Part shown: piece after piece, positions 17,792-27,261 of the stretch
Numbering within the stretch: position 1 is the first letter of the stretch
Layout of the letters: each line of letters begins with the position of its first letter
Virus record (IMG/VR): IMGVR_UViG_3300032374_000001
Location: 3,658-67,657 of that record
DNA: 64,000 bases
Strand: one strand, 5' to 3'
Source: a virus
Made by a program: the position numbers and the translations under genes
Notes under the pieces: model-generated
The model's input: the letters and a program-made list of their open reading frames with translations, nothing else
The model's database searches: none
What the model was told of the DNA's origin: nothing

Positions 17792-19123
17792 TCACGAGTA
17801 ATACCGCCCAGCGGCGTCGTTGATCGTGCCGGCAACGTCACCGGGGAAGAAGTTCATTCCCGCACCGGAGACACGGATGATGGCCGGCGTGTCGATGGAG
17901 AACCGCTTTCCGCTGGCCGTCCCGGAGATCATCGATCCCGGCCGGGCGTTCATGGTACCGAAGTCCAAAGGCACCGCAGCGGCAATGGACCACGTAGGGG
18001 TGTTCTGGACCTCCAACGAAGCGTTTGTCGAGACGCTGATATCGCCCTTGCGGCAGGACATCATGCCCGCGGCTGAAGACGCCCAGATCGTGCCCGTGTT
18101 GATCGCCCCTTCGGCGCCGCCCGTGACGTAGAAGTGAAAGGCGTTGATCGGCGCGACCGACGTGAGGGTGACGTAGGTGGTCGAGACACGCCCGCCCCCC
18201 GAGGCGGCCACCGTGAACTTGTCGGTCCCGGTGTTGCGCACCGTCAAGCCGAACAGCGAAAGGCTGAAGCCATCGGCCTCAACGACGCCGCCGCGCGCGC
18301 TGCCCGCGCCCGAGCCCGTCAGGATGTAGTTCTGCTGCGCGTTCTGATCCCCCCGGATCTGGATCGAACCCGACAGGGAGGGGTACTCCACCGGGAACGG
18401 GTACGTTCCGGGCTTGGCAAGCTGGATGACGAGCCGGTCGCCGAGCAGGTAGTAGCCCTTGGCCTTGTCGAACGCCGCTGCGATCGTGCGCAGAGCGGTT
18501 GCGGGCGAGCGACCATCGGCCGTGTCGCTGCCGTCGAAGGCGACGTAGATGGTGGCGGTGCCGAGGATGCGCGGATACTCGGCCTGGCCCGGCGTAAGCA
18601 GGCGCCAGTTGTTGCCCGCGTTGCAGCCCAAGAGCAGGAATGATCCGCCGGGTCCATCGCCGGTTCGGATGGGCGAGCCATCGTTGCGCAGGATCGGAAT
18701 GCGCTCGCCGTTGCCGAGGGAAATGTTCGCATTCGTACCGACCGAAAGACCGGGCGGGAGCCAGACGAGGACGATGGCGCCGTCGCGGTAGGGTATGCGA
18801 ATGGCCGGGGTGGTCGTGGCGACGGTCAGTTGCGAGGACGTGCCGCTCGCGGTGCCGAAGTGCAGGTTGGGCGCACCCAACGCCACTGCGGCGAGGATCG
18901 CTTTCCAGACCTGGGACAGGTCACCTTCGCTCGGCGTCTGGCCCGACAGGGTGATGACGTTGCTGAGTTCCCGGTAGGCCTGAAACCACCGGTAATTCAT
19001 CTCATTGTCGCGCTCGCGATCAAGCGGACCGCAGGGGAAACCGCCCGCGATCTCAACCGGATCGGGCTCGCGCCGACTCGACGGCACGCCCCCGGCCCAG
19101 AGGCCAGAAAAATCCTGCTTCAT
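17792..19123 (-). CDS. Proximal tail fibre protein
   Basis: N-terminal ELSNVITLSGQTP..GDLSQVWKAI anchor; IYVAFDGSD.ADG.SPATALRTI beta-helix entry. Confidence 0.8.
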   Translation of the reverse strand: MKQDFSGLWAGGVPSSRREPDPVEIAGGFPCGPLDRERDNEMNYRWFQAYRELSNVITLSGQTPSEGDLSQVWKAILAAVALGAPNLHFGTASGTSSQLTVATTTPAIRIPYRDGAIVLVWLPPGLSVGTNANISLGNGERIPILRNDGSPIRTGDGPGGSFLLLGCNAGNNWRLLTPGQAEYPRILGTATIYVAFDGSDTADGRSPATALRTIAAAFDKAKGYYLLGDRLVIQLAKPGTYPFPVEYPSLSGSIQIRGDQNAQQNYILTGSGAGSARGGVVEADGFSLSLFGLTVRNTGTDKFTVAASGGGRVSTTYVTLTSVAPINAFHFYVTGGAEGAINTGTIWASSAAGMMSCRKGDISVSTNASLEVQNTPTWSIAAAVPLDFGTMNARPGSMISGTASGKRFSIDTPAIIRVSGAGMNFFPGDVAGTINDAAGRYYS

Positions 19124-19142
19124 GGAAAGTCCTTCAGGCCCG

Positions 19143-19868
19143 TCAGGGGCAGGCGTAAGGGTCGATCACGACGGGGCAGAGCAGATGCCCAATGATGGAC
19201 GGATCGCTCTCGTCGCAGTAGCCGGCCCAGCCGGTGCCGTAGCCGGCGATGGGGGCGGCGCCGAAGTGCATCGCGATCCGCATGCCCGGCGCCACGGGGA
19301 GGATGCGCAGCGTGACGGCGAGGCGCGTCCGCTCCGCGCTGCTGAGATCGCGCCCCGGCGACAGGACCACCTGCCCGCGCTTGGCCTGCGGCACCCATGC
19401 GGCGCGGCCCCAGACATGCCGGATGGACGCGGACAGGCTCTCCAGATCGAACAGGCCGAGCATCTGGTAGCGCCGCGCCTTCAGATGGGCGCGGAACACC
19501 TCGTCATCCGATAGGCACAGCGTCGAGACGCCGTCACACCCGAGATACGTTCCATCCTCGCAGTAGCCGGAGAGGGGAAACGGGTACTGCTCACCCTCGC
19601 AGGCGTATCCGTGGATTGGCTTGGTATTGCAGACGCAGTGGCAGCGGGGCACGCCCATGCGCTTGCCGATCCACGTGAGCTGTTCGCCGACCGCCGTGTT
19701 GAGATCGAAATGGTTGGGGATGTCGCAGGTGACCCGCGCCACATCCTCCAACTGACCCAGCACGGCGCCCATGTAGCCGCGCAGCCGCTTGGCCTCGCGG
19801 TACTGCGTGGCGATGCGGCTCAACTCGCGGTCAACGAGCACACCCTTTTCAGGGCAGAGGTCGGACAT
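19143..19868 (-). CDS. Baseplate wedge protein (DUF2612-like), Cys-rich
   Basis: FDLNTAVGEQLTWIGKRMG motif; follows baseplate J. Confidence 0.8.
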   Translation of the reverse strand: MSDLCPEKGVLVDRELSRIATQYREAKRLRGYMGAVLGQLEDVARVTCDIPNHFDLNTAVGEQLTWIGKRMGVPRCHCVCNTKPIHGYACEGEQYPFPLSGYCEDGTYLGCDGVSTLCLSDDEVFRAHLKARRYQMLGLFDLESLSASIRHVWGRAAWVPQAKRGQVVLSPGRDLSSAERTRLAVTLRILPVAPGMRIAMHFGAAPIAGYGTGWAGYCDESDPSIIGHLLCPVVIDPYACP

Positions 19869-20767
19869 CAGACGAGTTCGACCGTGATCGCCGAGGGCAC
19901 GATTTCGGCGATGAACAGGAACGGCACGATGGCGGGAAGCGGGGTCACGTCACCATCGGGCAGAAGGGTGTAGGTCGCGCTGACGATCTCGACGTTCGGG
20001 AAGGCGGTGGACACCGCCGTGCGGATGAGGTGGAGATCGATGTCCTGCCCGTTCACGGGGCGGGTCGGACCCGTCAGGGCATTGGCGGCGGCAAGCCCGA
20101 TGGCGGCGCTGGACGGCGGCGGACAGCCATTGCGGTCCGGCTTGACCCTCGCCACAAGCTGCAAGCCCATGCGGATCGCCGCCGGCCGGACGAAGCTGAT
20201 CGTGCGGCAGTAGCCGTCTACATCGATCTCGACGCGGGTGTTGCCGCAGCTGTCGATGCCGGGAACGACGTAGGGCCGGATGGCGCGGGCCACGGCGCCA
20301 TCGCTGCCGCCGAGCGCTGCGACCGCAATGGAATGGCCTCCGACCCCATCCGCGTCGGCGGCGTCATCCGGGTTGACGAACACCTGCACGTAGGTGACGC
20401 CGTCCACCTGCGCCACGGCGCGGGACAGGTCGGCGAGGTCGATCCGCGCGCGGTCCTGATTGGTGATGGCTTGACGATACGAGGCGTCGGCCTCTCCATC
20501 CATCCGGCCCAGCAGACGGATGCGCCCGAGCTGTTCGAGCCGGATGCCCTCGGCCTGATCCGGGTCGTAGCTCTGATAAACGTCCTCAGCGTGCTCCCAC
20601 TCCGTCGCGATGAGCGAGGCGCAGAACCCGTTAAGTTGCCCGAGTGGGCTTTCCTCTGACTGGATGACGCCAAGGCCGAAAACGCCACGCGCCGCTTCCT
20701 CGATCTCGTCGAGGATCACCGTCAGCGGCTTGCGAAAGAAGCCGGTCGGGGTCGTGCCGTAGGACAA
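19868..20767 (-). CDS. Baseplate J-like protein
   Basis: SYGTTPTGF.RKPL..IL; YDPDQAEG..L..LG; position. Confidence 0.85.
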   Translation of the reverse strand: MSYGTTPTGFFRKPLTVILDEIEEAARGVFGLGVIQSEESPLGQLNGFCASLIATEWEHAEDVYQSYDPDQAEGIRLEQLGRIRLLGRMDGEADASYRQAITNQDRARIDLADLSRAVAQVDGVTYVQVFVNPDDAADADGVGGHSIAVAALGGSDGAVARAIRPYVVPGIDSCGNTRVEIDVDGYCRTISFVRPAAIRMGLQLVARVKPDRNGCPPPSSAAIGLAAANALTGPTRPVNGQDIDLHLIRTAVSTAFPNVEIVSATYTLLPDGDVTPLPAIVPFLFIAEIVPSAITVELV

Positions 20768-21211
20768 TCAGACCTCCACGGTCTCGTCGAACTCGGTCTC
20801 AACAAGGACATCGGACACGCGCATGCCGCGAACGGCCCGATCGAAGGTGGTGTTGATCCCCGACAGGCCCGTCACGCCCGGCGTCTGGAGAATGACGCGC
20901 TTCACGATGGCCTCGGAGACTTGCGGGCGCGTGCCGGAGAAGCCGAGCACCTGTTCGAACCACGGCACGCCGATGCGCGGGTCCAAGAACCATTCGCCCT
21001 TGAAGAACTGGAGTCGCTGGCGTGCGTGCTCGCCCACGGCCTGCGCATCGTAGACCATGCGCAGATTGCCGGTCTCGTCGAGCGTGAGGTCGTTGTTCGA
21101 CGAGAACGCCAGCAGCGGGCGTCCGCGCTCGTCCGTGAGCGTCGCGCCGTTTTCCGTCGCGAGGATTTCCCGCCGCTCCGGGGTGATGCCGAGGCCGATG
21201 TAGGTTGGCAT
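20768..21211 (-). CDS. Baseplate gp25/W-like sheath initiator
   Basis: RQRLQFFKGEWFLDPRIGVPW. Confidence 0.8.
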   Translation of the reverse strand: MPTYIGLGITPERREILATENGATLTDERGRPLLAFSSNNDLTLDETGNLRMVYDAQAVGEHARQRLQFFKGEWFLDPRIGVPWFEQVLGFSGTRPQVSEAIVKRVILQTPGVTGLSGINTTFDRAVRGMRVSDVLVETEFDETVEV

Positions 21212-21215
21212 GGAA

Positions 21216-22316
21216 CTACCCCGGTCCGCCGAAGCGCATGGATTTGGTGATGCCCTGCACCAGCCGCTTCTGCGGCTCCAGAAAGCCGATGCCGGGCCCC
21301 GCGAGGTTCAGCAGGCTCGCGATCTGCCCGCGCAGCGCGAGGATCTGGCCGATGGCGGGATGCGCCGCCGCCATCGCGGTCGCCTGCGCTTGCAGGCCCG
21401 ACAACCGCCCTGCCACATCACCGGGCACTTCGCCCGCAGCCAGAGCGCCGATCTCGGCTTGAATGTCGTCGAAGGCATTGATGATCGGATTGGCCGCGAT
21501 CAGGCTGCCGATCTGCGCCTCAGCCGCGCCTAGCAACCCCTCGACGTTGCCTGACAGGAGCGAAGCGAGCCCGGCCAGGTTCGGGTTGAGGAACTTCGCC
21601 AGCGCCTGCTGCACCGCCATCTGAAGGTAGGCCTGCGCCTTGCCCTCAATCGCGCCGGCCATGGCTTCCAGGCCCGACGGGTTTTGGTTGAGGATGCCGG
21701 CGACGGCGGCGACCTCGGGAATGCGACCCTGCACGATCTCGCGGAATTTCGAGGTCACATCGAACAGGCCATGAAGGTTGTTCTCGGCCTGCGCCACCCG
21801 CGCCGCGAGGCCCTTCATCTGCTCGTTCAGATCATGGCTCGGCGTATCGGGCTTAGCGTCGGTGGCGACGGTGACTTTCTTGCCATTCGGGTCGGTGGTG
21901 ATCCCGGTCTTGCCGTCCTCGGTGCCCTTGTAGTCGCCCTTGGGAAGCTGCTTCAGCTCCTTCGGCTTGGAGTAGGGCGAGGGCATCGCCACGGCGTCGG
22001 ACAGATTGTGCATCCGCCCGCGGTTGCCGCTGGCGTCGGACCCGTCGTCGGCGCTCTGGTCCAAGGACCGCTGCGCCACCACCAGCATCACCTCATCGCC
22101 CTTGTTCGGCGGGGAGTGGCTGACCGTGCCGCCCGCGCGATGATAGGCGTAGGGCACTTCCATGAGCTGCGGCGATTGCACCAGTTCGCCAGCGATGTGC
22201 ATGGCCAGCCGCGGCTGAACCGTCGCCTTCTGGCGCGTCGCATCGTAGGAGACGATGGCGCCGGGGATCATCGTGTTGACATCGGCGCGCTCGGTCTCGA
22301 TCAGCGCGGCCAGCAT
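21216..22316 (-). CDS. Baseplate central spike (Gp138-type N-terminal OB domain) with helical C-terminal extension
   Basis: IPGAIVSYDA..QKATVQP...KGDEVMLVVAQR...RMHNLSDAVA. Confidence 0.8.
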   Translation of the reverse strand: MLAALIETERADVNTMIPGAIVSYDATRQKATVQPRLAMHIAGELVQSPQLMEVPYAYHRAGGTVSHSPPNKGDEVMLVVAQRSLDQSADDGSDASGNRGRMHNLSDAVAMPSPYSKPKELKQLPKGDYKGTEDGKTGITTDPNGKKVTVATDAKPDTPSHDLNEQMKGLAARVAQAENNLHGLFDVTSKFREIVQGRIPEVAAVAGILNQNPSGLEAMAGAIEGKAQAYLQMAVQQALAKFLNPNLAGLASLLSGNVEGLLGAAEAQIGSLIAANPIINAFDDIQAEIGALAAGEVPGDVAGRLSGLQAQATAMAAAHPAIGQILALRGQIASLLNLAGPGIGFLEPQKRLVQGITKSMRFGGPG

Positions 22317-22370
22317 CTCGTCAACGCTGCGCCGGGTCGATGTGCCTTGGTGGCCTGCGATGGCAGCCTC

Positions 22371-23261
22371 CTATTTCTTGACCTTGCCGCCCTGGATGCG
22401 GTTGGCCTCGATCTCGGCCGTGCAATCGTCGTCGCGCGAGGCGATGGTGTAGGCCACGGACGCGATGCGGAAGAGACCGCCGCCGGCGTCGGTCGGGCGC
22501 TTGTCCTTCTTCGCGGCGAGGCCGGTGTCGGTGAACTCGGAGCGCACATCGATCACCCGGCCGGGGATCAGGCCGGGGATGATGAGGGTCGTGACCTTGA
22601 CTCCCTTGTCCGTCGGGGTTGGCACGCCGATCATGCCGGTCTCGGCGGAGATCAGGATGTTGCCGCCCAGATGCTCGTCCGCCTTGACGGTCTGCATCTT
22701 GCCGTTCTGCATCGACCAGTAGAGGCCGTGCTGGCGGCCGATGTTGTCCATCTCGCGGTAGGCGTAGCCGTACAGGGTCGTCGGCCGCTTGGTGGACGGC
22801 AGGTCGTCCAGCCCCTTGATCTCACCCTTGGCGAGGCCCGGCATCTGCTTGCGCAGGTACTCAACGATGTCCTTCGGCTTCGTGCCGGCCGGGAACGTCT
22901 TCGACGCCTTGCCCTGCCCAATCGCCTTGTCACCATCGCCGACCTCCACCGCCGTTTCGATGTCCGGCGAGGTTTTGGCGTGCGACACGTCGCGGATGTC
23001 GCCGGAGAACAGCACCCACGGCGCCATCCCCTTCCATCCGAACTCGACCGTCAGCTTGTCGTACTCGTTGCCGAGCATGTTCCGACGCGCCTTGGACAGG
23101 TTCGTGATCGTGACGTTGCCCGCGTTCGGCTTCGATCCGATGGTCTGCGTGCAACTGCCGGAAATGCGAAGCCCGGCCTCGGGGCTCTGGTCGCCGAAGA
23201 ACGTCGCCTTGCCCGCACTGCCCTCAACGGTCACGCGGATGATCCGCCCAAACAAGCGCAT
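22371..23261 (-). CDS. Baseplate hub protein
   Basis: ITNLS..R...VEFGW...LFSGDI; ISAETGMIG.P; position before spike. Confidence 0.8.
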   Translation of the reverse strand: MRLFGRIIRVTVEGSAGKATFFGDQSPEAGLRISGSCTQTIGSKPNAGNVTITNLSKARRNMLGNEYDKLTVEFGWKGMAPWVLFSGDIRDVSHAKTSPDIETAVEVGDGDKAIGQGKASKTFPAGTKPKDIVEYLRKQMPGLAKGEIKGLDDLPSTKRPTTLYGYAYREMDNIGRQHGLYWSMQNGKMQTVKADEHLGGNILISAETGMIGVPTPTDKGVKVTTLIIPGLIPGRVIDVRSEFTDTGLAAKKDKRPTDAGGGLFRIASVAYTIASRDDDCTAEIEANRIQGGKVKK

Positions 23262-23581
23262 CAGGCGGCCTCAGGAAGCCCATCGTCGTGACAGATGATA
23301 AACTGCCCGCTCGGCAGGCTGTCGCGCCCTGGCGCCCCTCCCAGCCCCTCGTAATCCACCACGTAGAACGATCCGATGCCGAACTCGTAGGGCGCCAGCA
23401 AATTAACGCCCGTCACGAGCCGCTTGCCCGACAGCACCAGCGTCCCCGCGATCTCCAGGGACATCGACCACCGTGCGCTGGTCTCGTTCCACCACAGTTC
23501 GATCGACACCGCCGTGTCGGACAGGTAGGTCTCTAGGCGTTGCCACGGCACGTCGGTGACGGTGATCTCGTAGATGGCCAT
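23261..23581 (-). CDS. Small baseplate protein
   Basis: Q...T.L....V.I.L.WN....RWSMSL pattern; position. Confidence 0.7.
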   Translation of the reverse strand: MAIYEITVTDVPWQRLETYLSDTAVSIELWWNETSARWSMSLEIAGTLVLSGKRLVTGVNLLAPYEFGIGSFYVVDYEGLGGAPGRDSLPSGQFIICHDDGLPEAA

Positions 23582-24096
23582 TAGGCGACTGCCGTGCCAC
23601 TGGATGCCCGAAGCTCAGCCTTGACCTTGGCGCCCCTGCCCGAGGCGGTATCCACCTTGCGGGCCTGCACCTGCCCGCGCGCCGTCTTGCCCTGCCCGCG
23701 CGGGTCGCCGCCCGTGCCGGCGTTGCCTGCGCTCTCGGCGGTCTCCACGATGATGACCTCCTTCAGGCTCACCGTGAAGAACAGGACGTTGGCCCAGATC
23801 ACATCGCGCTGCGGCTCGATGCTCTCGATCATCATGTTGGGGAACAGGTCGAACCCGTTGAGGATGTCGAAGGGCTCGGCCAGCGCCATGATGTCGTTGA
23901 GCGCTCGCCACGGACCCGTCACGTCCTGCGTGATGTTGGTCATCTTGAGCGTGGTGGGCAGGCGCCACGCATGGTCGCTGATCTTGGCGCCGCGCTCGAC
24001 CGGGTGCGAGGGGATTTCCATCGCGGCCGTGGCGGACTCCTCCACTACCACGTCGATGAAGACGGGCCCGATGGAGCGCGGGAAGAAGATCGGCAT
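23581..24096 (-). CDS. Dit-like tail tube initiator
   Basis: EIPSHPVERGAKISDH...P motif after TMP. Confidence 0.8.
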   Translation of the reverse strand: MPIFFPRSIGPVFIDVVVEESATAAMEIPSHPVERGAKISDHAWRLPTTLKMTNITQDVTGPWRALNDIMALAEPFDILNGFDLFPNMMIESIEPQRDVIWANVLFFTVSLKEVIIVETAESAGNAGTGGDPRGQGKTARGQVQARKVDTASGRGAKVKAELRASSGTAVA

Positions 24097-24099
24097 GCG

Positions 24100-25902
24100 T
24101 CACGGACCCGTGAGCGTGAGACCGGTGGTCGGCGTGGTGTTGCCCTTGGCGATGGAGGGCCCGAGCGAGGACAGCGCCGACTTGACGTGGGAGGTCACGA
24201 GGTTGGCGATCTCTTGCAGGCCCGTCGCGCTGACCGTGACGCTGGCGGTTTGCGTCCTCTGGTCGTTGCCGGTGTTGGTGTTGTTGGTGATGTTCTGAAC
24301 CGTTTTCTCCACCGCCTGCCCCATCTGCCCGGATTGCGGACCCGATAGGCCGAAGGCCCCACCAAGGGTCGGGGCGTGGAAGCCCGGCGAGGTCGGGGTA
24401 TCGAGCGACAGCGTCTGCTTCTTACCGCGACCGGCCAGCCGCGCTGCCGCCGCATCGCGCGTGAAGGTCGGCGGGATCGGGAGTGTTTCGGGCTCGGGGG
24501 TGTAGCCGGGCGGAAGGCCGAACTTCGCATTGAGCCCGCCGACGAACCGGGCGGTCTCCTCGGCAGATTGCTGCTTGCCCGCGAAGCCTTCGAGCCCCTT
24601 TGCCGCCACGTCCGCGGCGCGCTTGGCCGCGTCCGAACCGAACTCGCCGATCTTACCCAGCAGCATGTCGAAGGCGGCGGCAAGCTGCTCGCCCTTCTGC
24701 GTTAGCGTGGCCATGACCTCGCCGAAATCGCGCTCCGACATACCGGGCGCGGTCTGCGTGACTTGATCCGCAAGCTTCTGGATTTCATCTTTGTATTTCA
24801 GAAACACGGTGATGAAATCTCCGGCCTGGATGTCTCCGAAAACTTTCTTGGACTTAAATGGATTGCCCTTAGTGAATTTGACCATTTCCTCAAGCGTTAC
24901 CTGCGCCGCATTTTTTCCCTGCTTTTCTCCTTCTTGGATCTTTTTCTCAAGATCAATTCCCGCTTCTTTTTTAAAGGCCTTAGTGGTCACTTCGGCAAAA
25001 ATCTTATCTAGAAAGTTTTTGATGTTGTTCGCGGCTTCGCCCGCAGTGCCGGTCGACTTGCGCGCAAACTGGAGGAAAGAGGTCACATCAGTGAGCCCCC
25101 CCAATCCCTTGTAGCCCGCCTTCTCGGCTGAGGCCAAAAGCTCGGGCAGCACGCCGGGGAGGTTTTTAAAGTCAACCTGACCGGCCTTGCCGCTTGCAGC
25201 CATGATGTCAAAGGCTTGCGGTAGATCGCCGACCGAGATCTTCAGATTGTTCATACTGGCGATGCCAGCCTGTGCCACATCGGACAGTTCAGCGAAGCCA
25301 CCCTTGGCCGCCTTAATCGTCGGAATGACTGCGCCCACCGACTGCTCATAGGTAAGACCAGCCGCCGCGAAGGCGTTGGCAACTTCCAGCATCTTCTTCG
25401 GCGTTGTGCCGAGTTCGCGGGCTTGGTTCGCGAAGGCACCCCTATCCTTCGCCACCTGCTCTGCCGAGACGCCAGCCGTGAGCTGCAACTGCTTGGCTGC
25501 GGTCTCTTCGTTGGCGAATGTAGTCAACGGCTTGCCTGCGATGCGCACTGCGCCGCGCGCCGTATCTGCGATGAGATTGCCTGCCGCAACGCTGCCGGCG
25601 CCGGGGCCTCGGCCCCCACCGCCCCCGCCGGGACCGGGCCGCGGGCCGGGGCCAGGGCCTCCGCCGAGCCTGATCCGCTCCAACTCCCGTCGCATCCTGC
25701 GCGCGTCATCGAGAGCGCGGCGCATGTCGCGCGTGAGCCGATCCAAGCCGGGGGACCGGAAGTCCAGCCGCATCTCCTTCGACGCGCCCTGGAACTTTTT
25801 GAGCGCAGCGCGCGCCTTCTCAATATCCGTGAGGAACTTGCGGAGGTCGCCCTGCCCCGAGAGGCGGAACCCGAGCTTGGCGATTAGCTCTTCTACCGTC
25901 AT
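24100..25902 (-). CDS. Tape measure protein (600 aa)
   Basis: IAKLGF N-terminus; helical core AFDIMAASGKAGQV.FK; position. Confidence 0.9.
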   Translation of the reverse strand: MTVEELIAKLGFRLSGQGDLRKFLTDIEKARAALKKFQGASKEMRLDFRSPGLDRLTRDMRRALDDARRMRRELERIRLGGGPGPGPRPGPGGGGGGRGPGAGSVAAGNLIADTARGAVRIAGKPLTTFANEETAAKQLQLTAGVSAEQVAKDRGAFANQARELGTTPKKMLEVANAFAAAGLTYEQSVGAVIPTIKAAKGGFAELSDVAQAGIASMNNLKISVGDLPQAFDIMAASGKAGQVDFKNLPGVLPELLASAEKAGYKGLGGLTDVTSFLQFARKSTGTAGEAANNIKNFLDKIFAEVTTKAFKKEAGIDLEKKIQEGEKQGKNAAQVTLEEMVKFTKGNPFKSKKVFGDIQAGDFITVFLKYKDEIQKLADQVTQTAPGMSERDFGEVMATLTQKGEQLAAAFDMLLGKIGEFGSDAAKRAADVAAKGLEGFAGKQQSAEETARFVGGLNAKFGLPPGYTPEPETLPIPPTFTRDAAAARLAGRGKKQTLSLDTPTSPGFHAPTLGGAFGLSGPQSGQMGQAVEKTVQNITNNTNTGNDQRTQTASVTVSATGLQEIANLVTSHVKSALSSLGPSIAKGNTTPTTGLTLTGP

Positions 25903-26201
25903 CGGCGGCGCGGTCCATTGCGTGCGTTACGGGCCCGCTCGCGCTCGGCTTCCTCCTCCGCCCGCAGCATGGCCGCGTCTTGGAGGTTCATCGCCTCATG
26001 CATGTCGGCGAGGTCGTCGATGGTCAGGACGGTCCGGAGTTCGGCGATCGTGCAGAGTGGTGGCGTGCGAAAAGCCGCCGTGGGTCGGTAGAGATAGAAC
26101 CTGTCGCCGAGATTGGGGGCAATGGCGTCCACCTCGCGCTGCCTTAGGCCGCCGGAGCTTTTTCGCTCGGGGGCGGGGGCGACAGGGCGACGGCCAAAAA
26201 A
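25899..26201 (-). CDS. Tail assembly chaperone -1 frameshift extension
   Basis: -1 frame ORF entered at T TTT TTG; LRTVLTIDDLADMHEAM. Confidence 0.7.
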   Translation of the reverse strand, partial: FFGRRPVAPAPERKSSGGLRQREVDAIAPNLGDRFYLYRPTAAFRTPPLCTIAELRTVLTIDDLADMHEAMNLQDAAMLRAEEEAERERARNARNGPRRR

Positions 26202-26536
26202 CTTTTGAACTGCACCTCCAAGCACCAGAAGGCGACTTCCACGGTGTCTTCCATGCTCTCTGGCTTCACGCCGATGACGCAGGGATCGGGTCCGGCCGTG
26301 CACATCCCGACGAGATCGGCGATCAGGCCCGCGAGATCGGCCGGGTCGCCGCCCTGGCCGAGCGCGAGGACAAGGTACTCCTCCATCGCCTTCGTGCGGT
26401 CGGACCCATCGCGGATGATGGCAAGGCTATCGACGCCCAGCACCTTGGACGCGCGGCCAAACAGGGCGAGGCCCTGATCCGCGGGCACCTTATCGCAGCG
26501 GTAGACAACCCCACCTATTTTGCGTTCAGATGCCAT
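26144..26536 (-). CDS. Tail assembly chaperone
   Basis: 130 aa between tube and TMP; contains slippery site. Confidence 0.8.
   Translation of the reverse strand: MASERKIGGVVYRCDKVPADQGLALFGRASKVLGVDSLAIIRDGSDRTKAMEEYLVLALGQGGDPADLAGLIADLVGMCTAGPDPCVIGVKPESMEDTVEVAFWCLEVQFKSFLAVALSPPPPSEKAPAA
26195..26201 (-). other. Programmed -1 frameshift slippery heptamer T TTT TTG
   Basis: X XXY YYZ in TAC frame; -1 frame stays open to TMP start. Confidence 0.75.
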
Positions 26537-26591
26537 CTCGTCCTGCGCCGTTCATTGGAAGGTTGTCGGGAGGGGCCAAGCCGAGGACCGC

Positions 26592-26951
26592 ATGCCCAAG
26601 ACGCCCGCGCCACACAGGCCTGCGCATACGCTTTCTGTGCCTGAGCAAATGCTGATTGAGCAGCAGGTTGCGAACCGCACGCAGTCGGTGCTCGTTGCTT
26701 ACTTGTTTTGGGTTTTTCTCGGCCTTCTCAGCGGGCACCGCTTCTATTTGGGCAGGCCGATGACCGCTTGCACGCAGGTGTTGCTCAACCTGCTGCTGAT
26801 TGGACTGCTGTGGACCCTGTTCGACTTGGTCCTGATCCCCGGCATGATCCGCAAGAACCAAGATCGACTCCGGGTCGAGCTTGCGGCCGAGATGCACTAT
26901 CAGAACGAATTGAGGCAGTACCATGCGACGCACGGGACCAGCGCCACCTAG
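26592..26951 (+). CDS. TM2-domain membrane protein (moron)
   Basis: AYLFWVFLGLLSGHRFYLG...W.LFDLVLIPGM. Confidence 0.9.
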   Translation: MPKTPAPHRPAHTLSVPEQMLIEQQVANRTQSVLVAYLFWVFLGLLSGHRFYLGRPMTACTQVLLNLLLIGLLWTLFDLVLIPGMIRKNQDRLRVELAAEMHYQNELRQYHATHGTSAT

Positions 26952-26984
26952 ATCATTTCGCGTCGCCGGACTTGCCTGCGCCGT

Positions 26985-27261
26985 GATGGCGCTCGGGCTG
27001 CTCGCCGTAGAGCCGGCGGATGCCCGCGGTCGAGGCGGTGGCGGTGGGCGCGGAGGCTTCTGCAATTACTGCGGCTGCAAGGATGGGCCGGGCTATCGCG
27101 CGCCAGACGGTAAGTGCGTTGGCAAGCGCAACATCACGAAGCTCTGCGGCTCCCCGCCTTCGACCCGCTGCAAGTTCGAGGGCAAGAGCGGCGAGATCAA
27201 GCAAACCCCGAACCCGTCGTACCACCCAAAGGTGCTCAACCCGTTCGCGGTGGAGGGTTAG
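26985..27261 (+). CDS. Small secreted Cys/Gly-rich protein (moron)
   Basis: Signal-like N-terminus (start may be upstream), ADA cleavage site, CGC..GPGYR.PDGKCV...CG.PP..RC. Confidence 0.7.

Noticed and set aside
10861-19123. Diversity-generating retroelement or invertible fibre cassette
   Set aside because: No reverse transcriptase, no adenine-variant TR/VR pair noticed, no invertase or flanking inverted repeats
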